A DNA stretch of 64,000 bases, from NCBI GenBank assembly GCA_015680685.1, contig MNCI01002465.1, forward strand, positions 609,268-673,267. The letters are read 5' to 3'. Under the pieces are notes generated by a model. It made no database searches, was not told where the DNA came from, and saw only the letters and a program-made list of their open reading frames with translations. A program made the translations under genes and the position numbers. Positions 1-13,908 of this stretch are shown here, in pieces (within the stretch, counting starts at the first letter, position 1; every line of letters begins with the position of its first letter). The DNA comes from Gnetum montanum (lineage: Eukaryota; Plantae; Gnetophyta).

Positions 1-1584
1 GCCTGTGGGCTATTCGAACAACCTCTTGTATTTCTATTAAGCTTATAGTGGCCAGCAGGGGTTCATCGTCACTAGGTATGTTATGTAGTTATGAGTTGGG
101 ATGATGTTGTTTGCGTTGATGCTCATAGGAGACCCCTACATCAAATTGGGTACTCCAAGCTTCATCTTCATTATCATATAATTTGTTGGTTCTCCAATGA
201 GTTTCCCTACTAGTTGTTGCGTTGTCATAGTCTTGTGAGAGAGACATTGTTGTGAATTGTGTGTGACTTAATTAAATTAAATTTAATTTCTTTTCTAAAG
301 GATATATCCTTAATACTTGTTACAGCGATCTTGTATGATATAACTAATCTAGATAACTAGCATTGTCCCCGACAACGGCACCAATGATGAGCAGCGAGGT
401 ACCCCTACACTCAATGATACGAATACGAGTGTTCACGCATGATCCAATCGAACTCCATGGACAGGCTAGTTGTGGTATCTAAATAGTCACAAGTTGATTG
501 CAGTTCACTATCTTCCCATCTGGACTAGTATTTGCTTTGTCACGTATGGTTTAGTCTAGAGTGAAGCATATGATGTGGTCCTAAACTAGTGCTACTCCTA
601 GAGACAATGGAACATAATCTTGATTAAACTAATGATTAATAGGAAATGAAGTCTAAGCTAACCTAAGTGTGATGAGCACTAGTTCCTTAATCATCAGTAC
701 ATATCTTGGATCTTGTGCATGACTACTACTGGGATTACCAAGTGCAGATCCTAGGTATGCTACTGGGTTACCAAGTAGTCACATATAAATGCTTGTGATT
801 AAGTCGTACTCATTCTGCATTTAACAAGAAGAATAGTAAATGATGATAAAGAAATATTAACTAAGAAAATAATAAATAACAATAACTATTAATAATAACA
901 ATTAAATAATTAAAACTAAGTGAATGCTACGATGATGAAATAATATCGATCTTTATTGCCGATCGTGTGCGCATCCAAGTACGTCAAACATGAATAAAGG
1001 TTTTGTACAATTACAAGAATCACACTGTGGGCATGCACTGGGAAAATATTCTAACTCCTATGGAAACAAAATTCAAGGGCTTTGCTACAACTACTAGAGA
1101 GGTACCTAGGTGTGGTGGAGGGCCACTTATTTATAGGCTAAAATAGGATCTGTGTAAACGGGGCCACATCGATGCATGGAGGGATGCGTCAACGTAGCCG
1201 CATATACGGGGCCCCATATACATGGCCTAGTCAACGCATCGACTATATAGTGCTTCATCACCATGGTTCCAAAAACTTATGCTTTATTGTTGTTGTTTGG
1301 GGCCTTAGAAACCTTAGTAGTTGGCTTGTTCTTGTTGGGCTTGGCTTCATTCGCCACAACTGTCATACTTGTTGTGGCCTTCCCCTTTTCTTTATCTTTC
1401 TTTACATGTGCATCTTTGTAGGCCATGTAAGCTGTGTCCCTACTAGCTTCTATCGCATCCTATATGCTCTTTGTCTGAGTAAAAGCTTAGCTAAGAGAAC
1501 ATGAGGCTAAATAGTACAACTTCAATTTTATAAAATCACTTACTACATCCTTGAAAATGTCCAACAAGTGGGTTTCAGCTATCA
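1..1584 (-). mobile_element. Athila-type Ty3/gypsy element A0: leader, PBS and 5' LTR (385-1584); runs off the left edge
   Basis: 366-383 reverse-complements to TGGTGCCGTTGTCGGGGA (tRNA-Asp-type PBS). It abuts TGATGAG at 385, and the LTR ends ...GCTATCA at 1584, where the B0 gag begins abruptly. The LTR end matches 18578 and 63925. Confidence 0.85.
366..383 (-). promoter_or_regulatory. Primer-binding site (tRNA-Asp type) of A0
   Basis: TGGTGCCGTTGTCGGGGA on the minus strand, 1 nt from the LTR end. Confidence 0.85.
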
Positions 1585-2900
1585 GCTAACAAATCTTGTT
1601 AATGGAGACACTCCAACATTGTATACATTTTTGCATTGGTTCTAATGGTCCCTGTTTAATGTTCATCAACTGGTATAGTATGGTCTCAGGCTTCAAGTTG
1701 TACTTGAAGTAGGTTACGAATTGACTCAGCATCTCCTCTAGAGTTGAGATGGAAGCTCTAAGGAGCACATGATACCAATTGAGAGCTTTGCCAGTCAAAG
1801 ACATGAAAAAAATGTGGATAATTACATGTGGCTAGGCTTGTAATGGTAGGCACTCAAAATGAAAAGTTACTAGGTGAGCATTGGGATCACCCTCACCATT
1901 GTATTTTGTGAATTGGGGGAGTTGGACCCCAAGAGGTAGTGTTAGTGGAGGAACTACAGGGCTAATGGGATCATCTTGGTAGAAGTCCATTATGTGGACC
2001 ACTTCCAAGTTAGCCACTTTAAGTCACTTAACCTCCTCTGTGAGGGTTTGGATAAGTTGGAACACCTAGCCCAAACTGGGAGATGTTGCGAAGGGTTGCA
2101 TTATCTGTGCTATTGGTGATGCCATTGTAGCAGTCCACTACCCCGTTGGGGGCTATGCCACCACGTGTGATGCTTGGTAAGTTTGTTAGTGCATGTATTG
2201 CAACATGTGTGATAGTTGTACCATAGGTATAGAGGTTGCAGCCCACCACATAGTTGAGGCTAGGGCTATTATTGGTGGTGGGACTAAGATGGTTGGGATC
2301 AAGGAAATGTGACTTGTCTATGTCTGCAATATGGGCATGTTGTGCACATATGGCAGCATTGGTGTCACAAATGCTAGCTGTGAAGGCTAAATAGACTAGG
2401 ACGAGATGAAAAAGGGAAAGAAAGTAGAAGGTCCTATACCTTGTTGCGTAGGTAGGACTTTGCAGCTAGCTACTACCGGTAGAGACTTGCGTTGTGGAAG
2501 TGTCACAACTACCTCAAAGAAGTAGAGGACTATGATTGGTGTAGCATAAAATTGAGAGTAGGCTATTGGATTGAGACATAGAATGGTATGCCACTATCAA
2601 AGTAGGACTCAAACTCCTCTTGCCCATCCTACAGGGGCTCATCATAGTTTGATGCTACATCCTACTCTCTTGGCTACCTCACCCTAATAAGTTAGTCCAA
2701 GATCCACTTGAAGTTGTTAGTGAATGGTATGATCACATCAAGGGTGGGAAAGAATTCCCTCCTATTTCGATGGATGATCTTGAAACTATGCTTTGCTTTC
2801 ATCTCTTGGTGGTCCAATGACAGGCCTACTTGAAGCTTTGTGCATAGGAAGTTGTACCATTCATCATTAGGCATCGTACGTTTGGGTGATTGGTGATGCA
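1585..2900 (-). pseudogene. gag: Degenerate gag of Tat-type element B0, interrupted by A0
   Basis: Fragments QLPQFTKYNGEGDPNAHLVTF and SLTGKALNWY...FVTYFKYN are Retrotrans_gag-like and homologous to B1 gag at 43190-43375 (MDFYQDDPISP...). Confidence 0.85.
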
Positions 2901-3470
2901 GTCTAAGAGACTGCTATTGTCATCACATAGGGCTAAGGGTTTGTTCAACATCTCCCACTTGCTGGATGGGATGAGCCACCTCCATGCTCAGGGCAGTAGT
3001 CAAGGTGTTAATGGGGTTCAATTTGCTATGTAGGAAATATGTGAGAAGAGAAGAAACTTGCAAAAAATGTTTATGTATAGAAAAATTTAAAATAAAATGG
3101 TTAATTATGAAAATTATAAAAAATAGGAAAAAAATGACTAAGTCTAGGAATGCTAAAAAATGGCTATCTTTGGCATTATGCTCATTACACTCTAAGGGGT
3201 TGTTACGCTCAGGGTTATTACACTCTATAGAACACTTAGAGCTTGATGCAAATGGACACAGTTTGGGTTTTCCATTCTACAATGTTCTAGGGGAACCATC
3301 AACTAGGACTAATGTACACCAATTGGAACATAGATAACTCTTGCACTAGCCTATGATCTAGCTATTGCTATTGTAAGTCCATAGGGGTGTTACATCTATG
3401 CTAGTTTAATACTAGTGACAAGGGTGTAGAAAGCACATGGAACTACCCTTGAACACAAAAGGAATGGGAG

Positions 3471-3488
3471 GTCCTCCTTCTAGCACCA
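3471..3488 (-). promoter_or_regulatory. PBS (tRNA-Asn type) of B0
   Basis: Minus strand TGGTGCTAGAAGGAGGAC, complementary to the plant tRNA-Asn 3' end CCUCCUUCUAGCGCCA. Confidence 0.8.
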
Positions 3489-3493
3489 AAAAC

Positions 3494-5332
3494 TATGATG
3501 TTTGAAAAAATCAGTGGCTGAAACACTGAGAGGTGTATGAGTGTACAACCTAACCCTAAATTTGTGCGAGGCTCATGGTAGAGAAACAAAATGAGATGCC
3601 TTAAATGATCTAGTTGATTAGATAGAGACTTATGTGATGTAAAAATAGCCATTTGTAAAAGGAGTTTATGGAGCGTTACATGTTTGAACTAGGACAACAA
3701 GCAAGAGTGTAGCATAGAGTCTCCACCCAAAAATAGTAATGTAAATGTGCAAATGTGTATTGATAGTAGAGAAATGCAAGAGTTATATTAAAAATTGAAA
3801 GAAAATGCTAAAATTAAAATGGAACAAAAGTTTGAGAGTAGAGAAATTCACCGTCCCAAAACTGGGGAGCATAACTTTTGCTTGAACAAGATGTGAAAAT
3901 GGTATGTGGCATCAAATAGGCAAAGTGGTAGCATAGTGGTGCGGTCACAGTCTCTAGGCTGTCTGAGATATGATGCTAGCAACTGCAAGGGAGGCTAAAC
4001 CTAATGGGTTGGCTATCATCATGCTCTGTGGGTACAAGGGAAGAATGCGTTGTAGTATTTGCCAAGGTGTGAAGCTTAGTTGCTTAGGTGTGGGAGTAGC
4101 AAAGATGCTAGGAATCCTCAAATGCTCAATGGTCTTATGATTTTCCAACCCTTAAGGTGCTGAAAGTCAAGGTATTTACAAGGCATGAGCATAGATAGGG
4201 TCATGTTAGCATGTTACACTCTTTGTAGCAAAGTGTTATGCTTTGCGGGATAGGAACAAGAACCTAGAGACTATCGAACTATGACCACACCACTTGGACT
4301 ACATGTGCTAGAGTCTGAGAGACCACCATGTACCTAAAAATAATGTTAAAATAATGAAACTTAAATTTTGTGCTCTGGGACTACGTCTTCCCCCTCTTTT
4401 AAGTGGGGTCAAGCATAGGGACAATTTCGGGGATCGATGAGGGGTGTAAATGAAATGCAAACTACTAATCTTGGCTACCAAAGGGAATTAGAGCTAAGAT
4501 GAAGGTCTATGCCAAGTTCTAAAGGCTTCTTGGGGGTTGTTGAAGGCATTTGCTATATGTCAAGCTAGCTACATTACATAACATAGAAAAGCGTAGCAAG
4601 AACACTTAGTGAAATTTTGCAAATTTTAACTTGCCATTCCTATCATGTTGACTACAATACACAACATAGTAGAGCATAGCATGAATAATTTGATAAATTT
4701 TGATGAAATTTGCAATGTTTCTTCATGGCATATTGACCACACTCTAGGGTGTAGTAGGACAGGCAACCTTGGAAGTTAGAAAATGTGCTAAATGCATCTT
4801 CGATGTCAAGCTAGCTTGACAGATCCTTGTCCAACACTTAGGAAAAATTTGTCCTTGAAACTTATGTCAAGCTTGCTATGCTATGTAGCATAGTAGAGCG
4901 TAGCAACCTAAGAGATACAAAATTTGTCAAACTGTTTCATCCATCTTCAGCACTTTTGACAGACTCTAGCCTAGTACTTGAGTAGACTAGCAATTGAAAC
5001 ATGTGTAAAGCTAGGTACGTTGGAGAGCATTATAAGCTTAATAGGTCAAGAGATAGAAAATTTTCCAAACTATTTGGTCCATCCCACGCAACCCTTGACC
5101 ACCTCTGGCTTGAAATTTGTGTAAATTGGCCATGGAAGTGTATGCTATGCTGGCCATGTTGGGAAGTGTAGTAGGTAGACTTAGAAAAATTTTGCAAAAA
5201 GCAAGACTTGAAGTGTGCTACACTATCTATGCTATAGAGCATAACACTAGACTTAGAAAACTTTTGTCCAAGTTTTGACACTTAGAAAAATTTACCATTG
5301 AATCACATGAGCCCAAAATTGGTGGTGCTTCA
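3494..5332 (-). repeat. 5' LTR of Tat-type element B0 (~1.84 kb)
   Basis: Starts 5 nt from the PBS. It ends AAAATTGGTGGTGCTTCA, matching the B1 LTR terminus AAATTTGGTGGTGTTTCA, and abuts the Ah gag at 5333. Confidence 0.8.
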
Positions 5333-6284
5333 TATAGCCTCTTATTCTATAGCTATTTTCTCTTTTTGCTAATAAGTGTTCATCAAGGTCATTTATTCAT
5401 TTTGCATCTCATCTAACCTTGCATCAAGTTCATCAATAAAATTTTGTATTGATAAGGTTTATGGTGAAATCAGCTCATTGAGAGCTACCTCTTTTCTCTT
5501 ATCATAGATATGGACCTTCTTCTTTTGAAGAGTTAGGTATAGGTGATATTTCTCAACATTCTGCCATTTACATAGCTCTCCTTCTTCTTTTTCCACATAC
5601 TCAATTAACTTTTGAATCTAATGGATTCCTAGTTCATATATTTGACATTGAGATTACATCTCAGGGGTCTCTTTTATTTGACTATGAAGGCCATCTATGA
5701 TGTGGAAAAGTTGCTCTTCTTGAGAGAAACCATGACCTAGACATTTATTCAGTAGAGAATAGCATCTATCTAGGGCCATATCTAAGGGTTCATGTTGTTC
5801 TTTTTTTCATTCTTGGATTTGTTTCCTTAGGTTGGACACCCTTGCATAGCTTTGGTATTTCTTGTTGAAGAGTTCCAACATTGTGGACCATTGATGGATT
5901 GAATTTGGTTTCAATGATCTATACCACAATTCGATTTTATCTATTAGTGTCCTAGGAAAGAGCTTAAGCTTTTGCAACCAAATTTCATGTTTTGTAAGAT
6001 GCATGCATCATGGAAGACTTGCAAATGATATTGTGGATCAAAATCATAGCCTCCTACAAATTTAGGTATGTTATTTATATCAATCCTTTTGATAAAACTT
6101 TCATTGTAATGCTTGTGGGATATTTTAACTACCTCTATGATCTATGTCATGTTCTTAGTGACCAACTAGGATTCACCATTATCAGACATGCTATGGTGAA
6201 AATTTCTCTTTGTATTTATCTAGTTGTGATGATTTTTTCTATGCTCATTTTTATTTCTTTGATTTTGCCCTTGGTTTCGATTTT
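5333..6284 (-). pseudogene. gag: Degenerate gag of Athila-type host element Ah
   Basis: QKLKLFPRTLIDKIELWYRSLKPNSIHQWSTMLELFNKKYQ is a close homolog of A1 gag (KKLKLFPRTLIKKVES). Confidence 0.85.
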
Positions 6285-7196
6285 TGATGAGTGTCAAAGT
6301 GTCACATCAATGAACCCATATTTATGTGTTGTTGCCCCATCAACTAGGCCTATCGATGTAGCATCTACTACATCTATGGGATCCCTTCAACATAGTACTA
6401 TAGCAAAAACTATAAATATTAGCTCCCAACCATGTTTATGAAGAATTAAGTCATAGTAGTAGTAGAGTTCTTATAGTTTGTTCATTTGAAAGTTAGAATA
6501 TTTTCTTGAGTTCCCATAGCAGGAGTCATTGAGTGCATGGATCTTTATTTGATAACTATTATACTTGAACCACACTATTATGTACTAAAATAAAGATGAG
6601 CTTCTTGATGTACCTTGTAGCACTCTAAATAGTTTAAATGTTTTATTCTTGCATTTACTTTTTTTAGTTATTTGGTCAATGTTTCTCAGCAATTAAGCTA
6701 ATTAAGTGATTAAGTAAGATAAGCCAAATCGGTTAAATACATAAGTAAAACCACTTTAAGTGTAAACATGTATTCATTTGGTAATCCTAGAAATGTTATT
6801 ACTTGGTGGGCCTAGTAGCATAGCACTTGGTAACCCAGTAGTGGATATGTGGGTTTAGGACATGTATGGAAAGTGGGACTAGATGTTTATGTTAGGACTA
6901 GTTAGAGAATCGTTAATTAGTTAAACTAGATTAGTTAAATTATTTCATCTCTCTACTTTAAGAACCAATGAACATAAAACATAAAACAATAGAAATCATA
7001 TGCCTTGATTACACTTAACCATACCATGTGCCTTACAAGTGTAATTTGGAAGACAATGAATGACCTTTAGGGAAAGGTTCACTTCCTAGAAGATTAGTGT
7101 ACTAGAAATTTTAAAGTCTATGAAATTTGACTAGATTGTGCATGAATTCTTTGTGATTCATATGGTTGGGCATAGGGGTAGCTCAACCACTCATCA
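6285..7196 (+). repeat. A1 5' LTR
   Basis: Aligns to 17101-18057 at roughly 80-85% identity by eye, mostly transitions; contains a TATAAAT box near 6411. Confidence 0.92.
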
Positions 7197-7197
7197 T

Positions 7198-7215
7198 CGG
7201 CACTATTGCTGAGGA
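7198..7215 (+). promoter_or_regulatory. Decayed PBS (tRNA-Asp type) of A1
   Basis: CGGCACTATTGCTGAGGA versus consensus TGGCGCCGTTGCCGGGGA; all differences are transitions. Confidence 0.75.
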
Positions 7216-7399
7216 CTCTATTTGTTCAAATGTGCACTATTTAGGATTAGTGAATATTATTAATATTGTTGGACAAACCCAAGGTCAACATCACTCTCAC
7301 ATGCTAGATAATTACAAAGCACACTAATAATTTTAATTTTTTTACAAAATGTATTATTCTTCTCATAGGCATGATGATGTTAAATCACTAATCCCATAG

Positions 7400-10300
7400 G
7401 AGTGCAAAGTGGTATATACTCATCCAAATGAGTATGTGCCCAGCTTCACCTTCATCCTACATTAGGATGAGTAGTTACAATGGCATGATATGGAAGGCAA
7501 CTTCATAATGCCTTCCAATTGATTTGTGCCCATGATGCGGCTTCGAACTCTTAGGAAGTTAGGCATCCATGATCGTCAAGAAGAGTATGTTATGCATGAC
7601 TATGACTACCAAGACTACCATCCCACTAAAGCACAATGCAAGTAAAATTGATACCAGGAGAAGCATCATGAGGCTATGAAGGGGAAGTGACTCACTAATC
7701 TCTTATTTTTGCTGAACTATGATGAGAACAAGGATCCTCCCTTTGAGGGCTCTCAACATGACAATTCTCCATTCCTTGTTACTGATGATGGGAGTGTGAC
7801 CCTAAACCTATAGTATATAATCAATAATACGACTTTAGGAAAAGATGACAAGCAAGGTAAGGGATAGGATAAGCATCAAGATAATAAGAAATCTATTGAT
7901 CATGGCCATGACAACTAAAGGGAAGTTGGAAAACACCATGGTGGTGGTGGTCCTTCTTCCTCTTCTCCCTCTTCATCTACATCCTCTTCTTCCTATTCTT
8001 CTAATTTTGAGAGATGTCATAGAAAGAATAATCGTGAAGAAGGTGCTCAATGGGACACTAATACTGACCACTAATCTTGTAATGAACAAAGGGGTAACAT
8101 AGGACATCATCAATGAAAATGCAATAATGATGATGATGAGCCTCTATTGGTAAGACAAAGCATGCTTAACATTGTAGAGAGAGTAAAGATCCCAACTAAG
8201 CATGTGAAAGATAGTCGAATCAAGTGTTTAGACATGAACAATATCCCAAGATTTGAGGGGGGATATAACTCTAATCTACAGAAACATCTACAAGCTTTCC
8301 ATGATGTCTATGCCTTGTATAACATTGAAAATGATTGGAAAAAACTCAAACTCTTCCCCAGGACACTCATCAAGAAGGTTGAAAGCTAGTATCAGTCCTT
8401 AGAGCCAAAATCCATTTGTAGATGGAGTACCATGCTTGAACTATTTAATGACAAATACCAAATGTACTCTAGAGTGTCCAATTTGAGAAGGTAAATCCAA
8501 GGCTAGAAATAAAGAACACATGAACCCTTGGATGTTGCCATGGGTAGATATTACTCTCTCTTACATTGATGACCTAGCCATGATTATTCTCAATGGAAAC
8601 AACTCCACCACATCATATATGGGCTCAAAGTAGAAACTAAAAGAGATCTTTAGGTTTATGCCGAAGGGAGACTGTCCAAATTAAGAGCTCATTACATAAA
8701 AAGGCTAATAAAATAGCTAGCAAAAGAAGAAGGTGAGTTATGAAAAAGGAAAGGTGTACAAGAGTATAATAGAGACCCTTCCATCAAGAATAGGGAGGTC
8801 TAATTTTGTGAAAAGGAGGAGTCACCACTCAACAAAGTGGTGATTAGGAAAAACTTGCACATACAAAAATCTATTTGTAATATTTTGGCAAAGGTTGTTA
8901 AATTATGGGACTCTTTGGATGAAAAATTCAAACCTACTATGAAGATTGCTAAGGAATCTAAAGAGTATAATAGTGATCATGATTGCAGGAGGTGGAAAGA
9001 AGCTAAATGTGCCTAGTAGAGAGGTAAGGGCAAAGCTACTGTAGTTGAAGAAGATGTGGAGACAGACTTTGATGATAATGATGGATGTGACATTTGTCAA
9101 TATGAACATCCTAAGGGATATTACCCGATGGTGTCAAACTTACAAGAGCCTATGGTGTACATAATAAATCTATGACTAGCATGTAGGCAAGCATCCAGAC
9201 AATTACCTTATCCTCAAGGTAATCCAAAATAGTTTCACTAGCAACAACAAGCTTACTACCTAAGTGAAGCTCCACCACAACCATATGAATAATATCAATA
9301 GTGGCACCAACCACAATCGTGGGGAATGACACCACAAAGATAGAAGTATGCTTACAAGCAATCAAATCCATATGGGTACTATGTTTAGCACCTATTTTTC
9401 AATGAAGCTCTATAAGCCATGCATCATTCTAGCATCATTATTATCCTCTAGAGTACCATTGAACTCATTCACCATCTACTTGATGAGAGCACCCATATCC
9501 ATACCATCCTTTACATGTGTCTTCACACATCCCTCCTCCCTCAACCCAATTACCTCCTTGTCCATCCATGCAAGGAAAAATCATTACACAACCATAACAA
9601 CAAAATGCTACGAGGGTAATACATTTACAACTAGCCTTCTAGCCAAGTGGTTTAGACAATTGTTCCAAGAAACAACCATTTTGCCAATCCAATAGTCCTC
9701 CCAAACCCTCGCAACCTAATGTGTCTAGTTACCTTGTATCTCCAAAATCCTCATCCTCTACATCAAACACATTTGAGAACTCTTCATACCAAATGCCATC
9801 TCAGATTCGCACTATGATGTTAACTCATGTTATCTCCAATTGTATCAAAGTTGATAACCTTCCCAAGAAAAGATTTAACCTAGGAAGTCCTCTTATTTAC
9901 TTGTAGATTGCTAGACATGAGCCATGCAAGGCTCTTTTTGATTCTAATTCCAGTGCCAATCTCATCTCTGATGACATGTACAAGGCTTGGAACCTACCGC
10001 CTCTCAAGAAGAGTAACATCAATTTGGGATTGGAAAACTAGTCAATCACTATTTCTTTGGGGCTAGTGGAGGACATTGTGACTCTACTTTGTGGGTGGTC
10101 TTATCATGCCAATTTGTTGGTGATCAAGGTAGAGAACTGCAAAGGTATCTTTCCCATCATTATGAAAATGGCTTGGTAAAGTATTTTTGATGCACAGATG
10201 GACATCAGGGATGTCTCCTTGGAAATGTTCAAGGAAAATGAATTTGGACAACTAGAGAAGAAGTGTGTTTCATGCATTGTGTACAGTGATAATGGGTGCA

Positions 10301-11850
10301 ATTGTGTGTAGAAAATATAGTCCATTAAAAGTACATTCCTCAAAGCATGTAATCAATGTATCTATGAAATTGATATCGAAAGGTGCTTATATGTAATAGC
10401 CACTAAATAGGAGGATACTTAGTGGATGACTATTAATTCTAATAGTAACACATTATGCATGGAACCAACTAAGAGCCTGACATGTGCTTATGTTGAAGGC
10501 ATGGGTGAAGTTGAGCAATTTCATCACTAACTCTCTGATGATGAAGATGATGATACCTATTGGGAAGTGTTGGAAATCCCTAATAATTTCAAGTAGGAGG
10601 CCTTAGAGTTAAAAACTCTACCAATCGGAATGAAGTATGCATTTTTAAACAATGGTAAGATGATTATAATCAATGCAAATCTTACTCTCAAACAAAAAGA
10701 TAAGTTGTTGTAGGTGGTCAAAAAATGGCCAAAAATATTTACTTGGTCATATCCTAAGCTGATTAGAATCGATCCTAGGATATGCCAACATCGCATTTAC
10801 ATCAGCCTGACCATGAAGTCAAGAAGACAACCACAAAGGCAGCTAAATCCCAAGTTAAAGCAAATTGTTAAAGAGAAAATAGAACAACTCCTCAATGAAG
10901 GGTTCATATATCCTATCATGGATAGTGAGTGGGTTAGCCCACTCATAATTATGCCAAAGGAAGATGGAAAGTGTTGAATCTACATTGACTTTAGGCTGTT
11001 GAACATGGAAACATTTAAAGATCATTTTATAATTGCCATTTGTGGACGAAGTGTTAGACACCATTTCTAGGCATTACTATTATGGATTTTTGAATGGTTA
11101 TAGTGCCTATAACAAAATCTAGATTACTTTTAAAGATCAATCCAAGATAGCATTCAAAAGTCCCTAGGGAATTTGTGCATATTTTAAGATGCCATTTGGT
11201 ATATGTAATGCCTTTGCAATATTTTGACACCTAGTCTTTAGTATTTTTCAATAGCAGATTAGTAGTGGGGTAGAAGTCTTTATGGATGACTTCTCTACCT
11301 ATGGGAATACATTTGAGCAAGCCCTGGATCACCTTGAGCAAATATAGGAGAGGCTAGAGCACAAAACTCAACAATGCCCTTTGGACCTACTGCTCAACAT
11401 GGAAGCTCCCTATTGGCTACTCTCCCTACAAGCTAGTGTAGAGAAAACTTCCAATGCTTCCAATTCAATCCAAGCTCTGTACACTTTCAACATCCTATGA
11501 ACTAAATCTTGACCTAATTCTAGCACAAAAATAAAGATTGATCGACCTCAACATGCTAGATAAAAATTGATTAGTGGCCCTATCTTTGAATGAAGTGCAT
11601 AAGGCATTCAACAAACAATGACATGACCTTAGAATATGGAAAGTGAAATTTCAATCAGGAGATAAAGCTCTTTACTAGAACCCTATACATGTACCCCAGA
11701 AAATAAAATTCCAAACATTGTGGAAAGAACCTTATATAATTGATGAAATTTTTCCTTCTAGGAACATGACCATATACAAACCTAAGAGCCCAAATAAAAA
11801 TTAGTTGGTCAACATCCAACAATTGAAGCTTTTCTATGAGCCCAACCAAG
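7400..11850 (+). pseudogene. pol: A1 gag-pol remnant: gag ~8150-8750, protease ~9900-10200, RT ~10600-11350, integrase C-terminus ~11355-11840
   Basis: IPRFEGGYNSNLQKHLQAF (gag); ALFDSNSSANLI (PR); IDPRICQHRI, GFIYPIMDSEWVSPL, MPFGICNA, VFMDDFS (RT); TKLNNALWTY (IN). Confidence 0.9.
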
Positions 11851-13908
11851 CCAATGCAATGAATACCTCAATAGATGAGTAGCCATACTCAATATTTTAA
11901 ATATCCTCATTCCAACTCAATCATTAGGGAGATGGACATACATGCTACTCATCCATATGGCTCCTTATTTTTTCTATTTTTTGTTTTCCACATTTTTGAT
12001 TTTGTAAGCTATTTATTCTACACCTTTTTAATTTTAAAATTTCTTCCTATTTTACATCATTTTTTATTTTCTTTATGCCATCGTTACTACACTTGAATCT
12101 TCCTTGAATATTTTACACTTTCTTATATATTTTACTTGGTTTTGTTTGAGTGTGATTTTCAAATTTTTGCTAATAAATATGCTTTGTGCCAATAGGAAAT
12201 AGTGGTGCTATAGCTACTACTAATGGTACTTTATGCTTAATGTTTTGTTTGCTAATGTCTGGTTTCTAGTTTTGAATTTTTGCACCAATAGGTTAGTTAT
12301 GGTTTCTTTTTCATGGAATAGGTAGTAAGTCCATGACATCCACCCATTGAAAAACTCTATGGTTTTTCTTGTTTTGGAAGTTTAAGGTCCCTTTCATTAA
12401 ATAAACCTTTAATAAATTCATAACCTTGGTATTTTTCAGAATTGGAAAGGATTCAAATGTTTGTATAGGATGTGACTTCAAAGGGACTTAATACTCTTTG
12501 TACTCTTCTACTTACCTGGGTGCTTGAGTGTTTTCATAGACTTCCTACCATTCCATATCATTCAATAACAAGAAGTCAAATAACATCTTTGCATGGTGTG
12601 GTTTCCATCAATAATAATAATAATAGTAATACATATATATATATATATATCTATCTAGAAAATCATGATGGAAATTCAAAGCACACCCCTTAGAGAAACA
12701 AATGAGCTACAAGCACTGGTTATGGGACTAGAAAGACATGTTAGCCATGCCTGAAGATCCCCTCTAACTAAGGTTCTCTCTCACTTTTGCTTCTATTTTC
12801 TCCTCTTTATTTAATGGTGGCTGTTCTATGGATGCACTCTTATTTCTCAAGGGGGTGGATCAGTCTTAGAGTGGTGATGCAAAGTCATTGAAAGGGGTTG
12901 GTTTTGGTTTGGACTAAGAATAGATCTTCTCAAGTCATTTTAAACACAAATCCATAAGAGACTTCCTATGACCTCAATTTGAAATTCCATTCTACCTTCT
13001 TCATCATCCATCTATGATAACCACAATTCACCTCACTGCTGGTGTCCATGTTCTTGATTCTGTATCTTGGTCTAACATATTTGAATTCTTATGTAGAATC
13101 TTCCAGGTTTTAGTCCTTAACTTCTGTGAGCCATTAATCACCTCTTGGATCCATAAAATCCATAGTTTGAGGTTATGTAAGATCAAACAAGGCATGTGCC
13201 TACTATGGGAAGGTCCCACTTGCATATCTCTTAGTTGGGTTTGTTAAGCACCTTATCCTTAGATATTCTTGTAATCAGAATCTTTCGTACATCCATCTTC
13301 TGCATCACACTATGTGCTCCTTTATATATTTTGTTCATTAAACATGTTATCTGTCAAAATTTTCAATTTTTAAGCTTTCAAATGCCCTCTTCAATGGTTT
13401 TACCATATTCTTGGCTTTCTTGGAATTCCATGGACTCCAAATTCATTGAAAAATTCCTTATATTTCTTGAGATATTCAAAATTCAAAATTTTTACATATG
13501 AGCCTCGTATACAGGGCCCCATCAATTGTGTAGACCCATATATGAGGCCCCATATACAAGGCCACATCAATGTAAGGGAAAAATAGTATATATGTGTGTC
13601 ACCCCACTTGAAAATTTTACATTTTCTCACAAACACCAGATTTTTTCTATTTTTAGAGCCTAAAACATTCTAGAGCTCATAACTTCCTAACCGTTTATCC
13701 AAATCAGTTCATTCTTTGACCCTACAACTACCAGAGGTAGGATTTTTATTATGGGGGGCCACAAATGTGCCATTTTTTAACTCCCACAAAGGTTTAACTA
13801 AGAAATAATCTATTAAACACCAAATTACAAGAGTTAAACCTTCTCAAAAAGTTGAGGTAACATTTACAATACAAAATTAATAAATAATAATAAAATAATT
13901 AATCTGCC

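Noticed and set aside
1172-1504. 110 aa ORF
   Set aside because: It lies within the A0 LTR and has no domain features.
3471-3488. tRNA gene fragments (also 366-383, 44745-44762)
   Set aside because: These are 18 nt primer-binding sites adjacent to LTRs, with no cloverleaf.
6010-6441. 143 aa hydrophobic plus-strand ORF
   Set aside because: It is antisense to Ah gag and crosses the A1 insertion junction at 6285, so it is a chance frame.
12610-12652. (AAT)n and (AT)n microsatellites
   Set aside because: Ordinary short simple repeats with no further structure.
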